Below, piece after piece: positions 61,636-64,000 of a DNA stretch of 64,000 nucleotides (positions within the stretch are counted from its first letter, which is position 1; the number at the start of each line of letters is the position of its first letter). The position numbers and the translations under genes are program-made. Source of the DNA: Utricularia gibba (Eukaryota; Plantae; Magnoliophyta); assembly GCA_002189035.1 (NCBI GenBank), contig NEEC01000024.1, positions 124,001 to 188,000 on the forward strand, read 5' to 3'. The notes below the pieces were generated by a model, which worked only from the letters and a program-made list of their open reading frames with translations, did no database searches and had not been told where the DNA came from.

Positions 61636-64000
61636 TGTTGCAGATCAGCCTCAATCCAAAGTTTGAAGGTGATTGGAAGCACTAATCTTGTGTCATAATG
61701 TTATATTTCAGATTAAAAAGGTGTTGAGTTCGAGCATGGAAGTGTTGGATTCGAGTTGTTGGGCTTTTTGTGTGTTTTCAATAATTGTGGCCCACTGTTG
61801 GGTAACCTAGGTATTGGGTATATATAAACCCTACTAAGAATGCGTGTCAATAGGGTTTCGGTCATTATTGTTCATGAGTCGTTTTTCATCCAAGGTGATC
61901 TCAGAAGCATTACCTTTTTGTTACTTCCCAAGACTCTCTTTTTCTTGCATCAATATGGTATCAGAGCAGTAAGGTTTTCAAACCTGTGCTCGTTTCAGTA
62001 TTTTATTTACCGTTCAGCGTTTTTTACTTGGTGGATTACAAAGTATCAACCCAAAGCTTGTCAAGCGGTGGCTATGATGGCATTTGGTAGAGGACTTCCA
62101 ATATTTGATGGTTCAAAGTATGGAAGCTGGGTCAAAAAGATGCGCAGCTACTTGCGGGTCAGAAAGATTTGGGACGTTGTTGAAAGGGAGATTCCGACGA
62201 TTACAATAACACGCAAATCCACATCAGAACAGCAAGAGGAAGCTGAATATCTTCAACAGAGAAAAGATGAAGCAATGGATGCCTTGTATCAAGCCATCTC
62301 TGAACATCTATTTGATGATATTGCAGAGTGTCAATCAGCAAAAGAAATATGGGATACTCTCAAATCCCATTATGAAGGTGATGTCAAACTGAGAGAAATA
62401 TTATGCAAAAACAAGCTGGAGGACTTTGAGAGGAACAAAATGTTAGACAATGAAACCATACAAGTCTATTATGAACGTACTGTGAAGCTTGTGAAGGAGA
62501 TTCGAGGATTGGGGGAAAAACTTGAGGATCAAAAGGTGATTAGCAAGGCAATCATGAGCCTACCTGCAAGATTCGAGCCAAAGTTATGTGCACTTGAGAC
62601 AGAAAGAAAAATCCTTGACATTATTGAAGGAAAGCTCCATGAGTTATATCCTGAATATCCTATTACACCAGAGCCAACATTTATAGAGTTCATGATTGAG
62701 TTGCAATCTACAGAAAAGAGATTGGAGCTAAGAGATGGTTATGAAGTTGAGAAAACTTATGGTGAAGCTGCTCTCCTCACCAAAATGCAGAATATGAATA
62801 TAAACTCAGGTGCAATTAACAATGTCAAGGATGTCAAATCAACAGCCATCAAACAATCACGAACGTCAATCCCCACATCAACGATGGGCAATCAGAAGTG
62901 CAGGCATTGTGAAAAATCCAACCATAAGAGTGAAGATTGTTGGACTTTAAGCACAAATGCTTGCAAGCATTGTAACAAACAGAATCACAGGAGTGAGTTT
63001 TGTTGGTGGAAGCCTGATGCTTTGTGCACGAAATGCAATCAAAGAGGCCATCTTGACAAGGTATGTGGAATGTCAAATCCAATAAAAGTTGAGCATAACA
63101 AGAAGGCTACTTCCAGGGAAGAGAAATCACATGCATCCTTTACCTACTTTGAAGATGAGCCAGAAATATCTTTTGAAGATCCTTTTGAGTATGAGTGTGC
63201 TCTAATGACAGAAGCCTCAGATACTAAAGGCTGGTACTTGGACTCTGGCGCCTCCTATCATGTATGTTGTGATACAAGGTCATTTCTCAAGCTTGAAAGG
63301 ATTGGGAAGGAGGTAAGCACGTGCACTGGTGAAAATATTGGCATTGTGGGCAAAGGAAGCATTTTACTCTTGCTAAAAGAAGGAATTGTTCAAGTTGATG
63401 ATGTTTATTATTCACCAAACCTCAAACAGAACCTGTTGAGCTTTGGCCAATTGAGCAGGCAAGGTTTTGACATTGAGCTGATGAAAGATGCTGGTGGTAT
63501 AACCACTACAGTTAAGGTTGCTGATCCAAAAACGAAGATTGAATTCCATGCTGTGTTGACCACCTACAACCTCTACCAAATCATGGTCAGTGATCATAAA
63601 AGTTGTATTTTCTCACTTCAAGATCAAAGCAGCCTTTGGCACAAACGTTTTGGGCACTATAGCTTCAGCAATCTGAAAATATTGCAGAAGAATAAGGAAG
63701 TACTGGAATTGAAAGACATCAAGTTTGCTAATGCCATATGTGAAGTGTGTCATCAAGGTAAACAATGTAGAAAGCCCTTTTATTCCAGTGATTCAGTAGC
63801 AAAGGAGAAATTAGAGCTTGTGCATACAGATGTTTGTGGACCATTTAAGGAATGTTCATTAGGGGGAGTAGATACTTTGTTACATTCATTGATGATTATT
63901 CACGTTATTGTTGGGTTTACTTTCTTAAAAGCAAGTCAGAAGTTCCTCATATCTTTCGAAAATTCAAAGTGATGGTTGAGAATCAGAGTGGATGCTCTTT
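61636..64000 (+). mobile_element. 5' half of the short-LTR copia (Ivana-like, tentative): 5' LTR 61636-61955, PBS 61956-61967, gag-PR-INT
   Basis: TGGTATCAGAGC directly after the LTR. The likely ATG is 62074 (LPIFDGSKYGSWVKKMRSYL). There are three CCHC knuckles, WYLDSGASYHVC, LWHKRFGH..CEVC and LELVHTDVCGP, with a frameshift near 63866. Confidence 0.93.

Noticed and set aside
61840-62073. N-terminal extension MRVNRVSVII... of the 710-aa ORF (and the ORF at 59077-59262)
   Set aside because: It is read-through of LTR and leader sequence. The gag motif starts at ATG 62074.

Overview
This window is angiosperm nuclear DNA with a centromeric or pericentromeric character. It contains no intact host gene. 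Most of it is nested, deletion-riddled LTR retrotransposons: Tekay/Del-like gypsy, Angela-like copia, Tat/Retand-like gypsy (two long copies plus fragments), five CRM-type centromeric gypsy modules, an Athila-like gag, and a short-LTR (320 bp) copia family with five LTR copies. A 15-kb intron-containing VPS13 pseudogene (17.35-32.3 kb) lies in the middle, followed by an internally deleted 25S rDNA/IGS remnant. Five observations stand out. (1) The Tat elements carry a four-exon antisense gene; its intron positions and frame-preserving exon lengths are conserved across two long copies, and a third partial copy shares the first two introns. (2) An inversion splits one young copia element, shown by a matching 5-bp TSD and rejoinable flanks. 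(3) A head-to-tail CRM chain has complementary gag-PR-only and pol-only modules. (4) A long foldback lies at 4.9-7.35 kb. (5) Templated filler sequences recur at deletion junctions. All assignments come from motif reading and by-eye alignment. No database searches were run, so lineage names and many boundaries are approximate.
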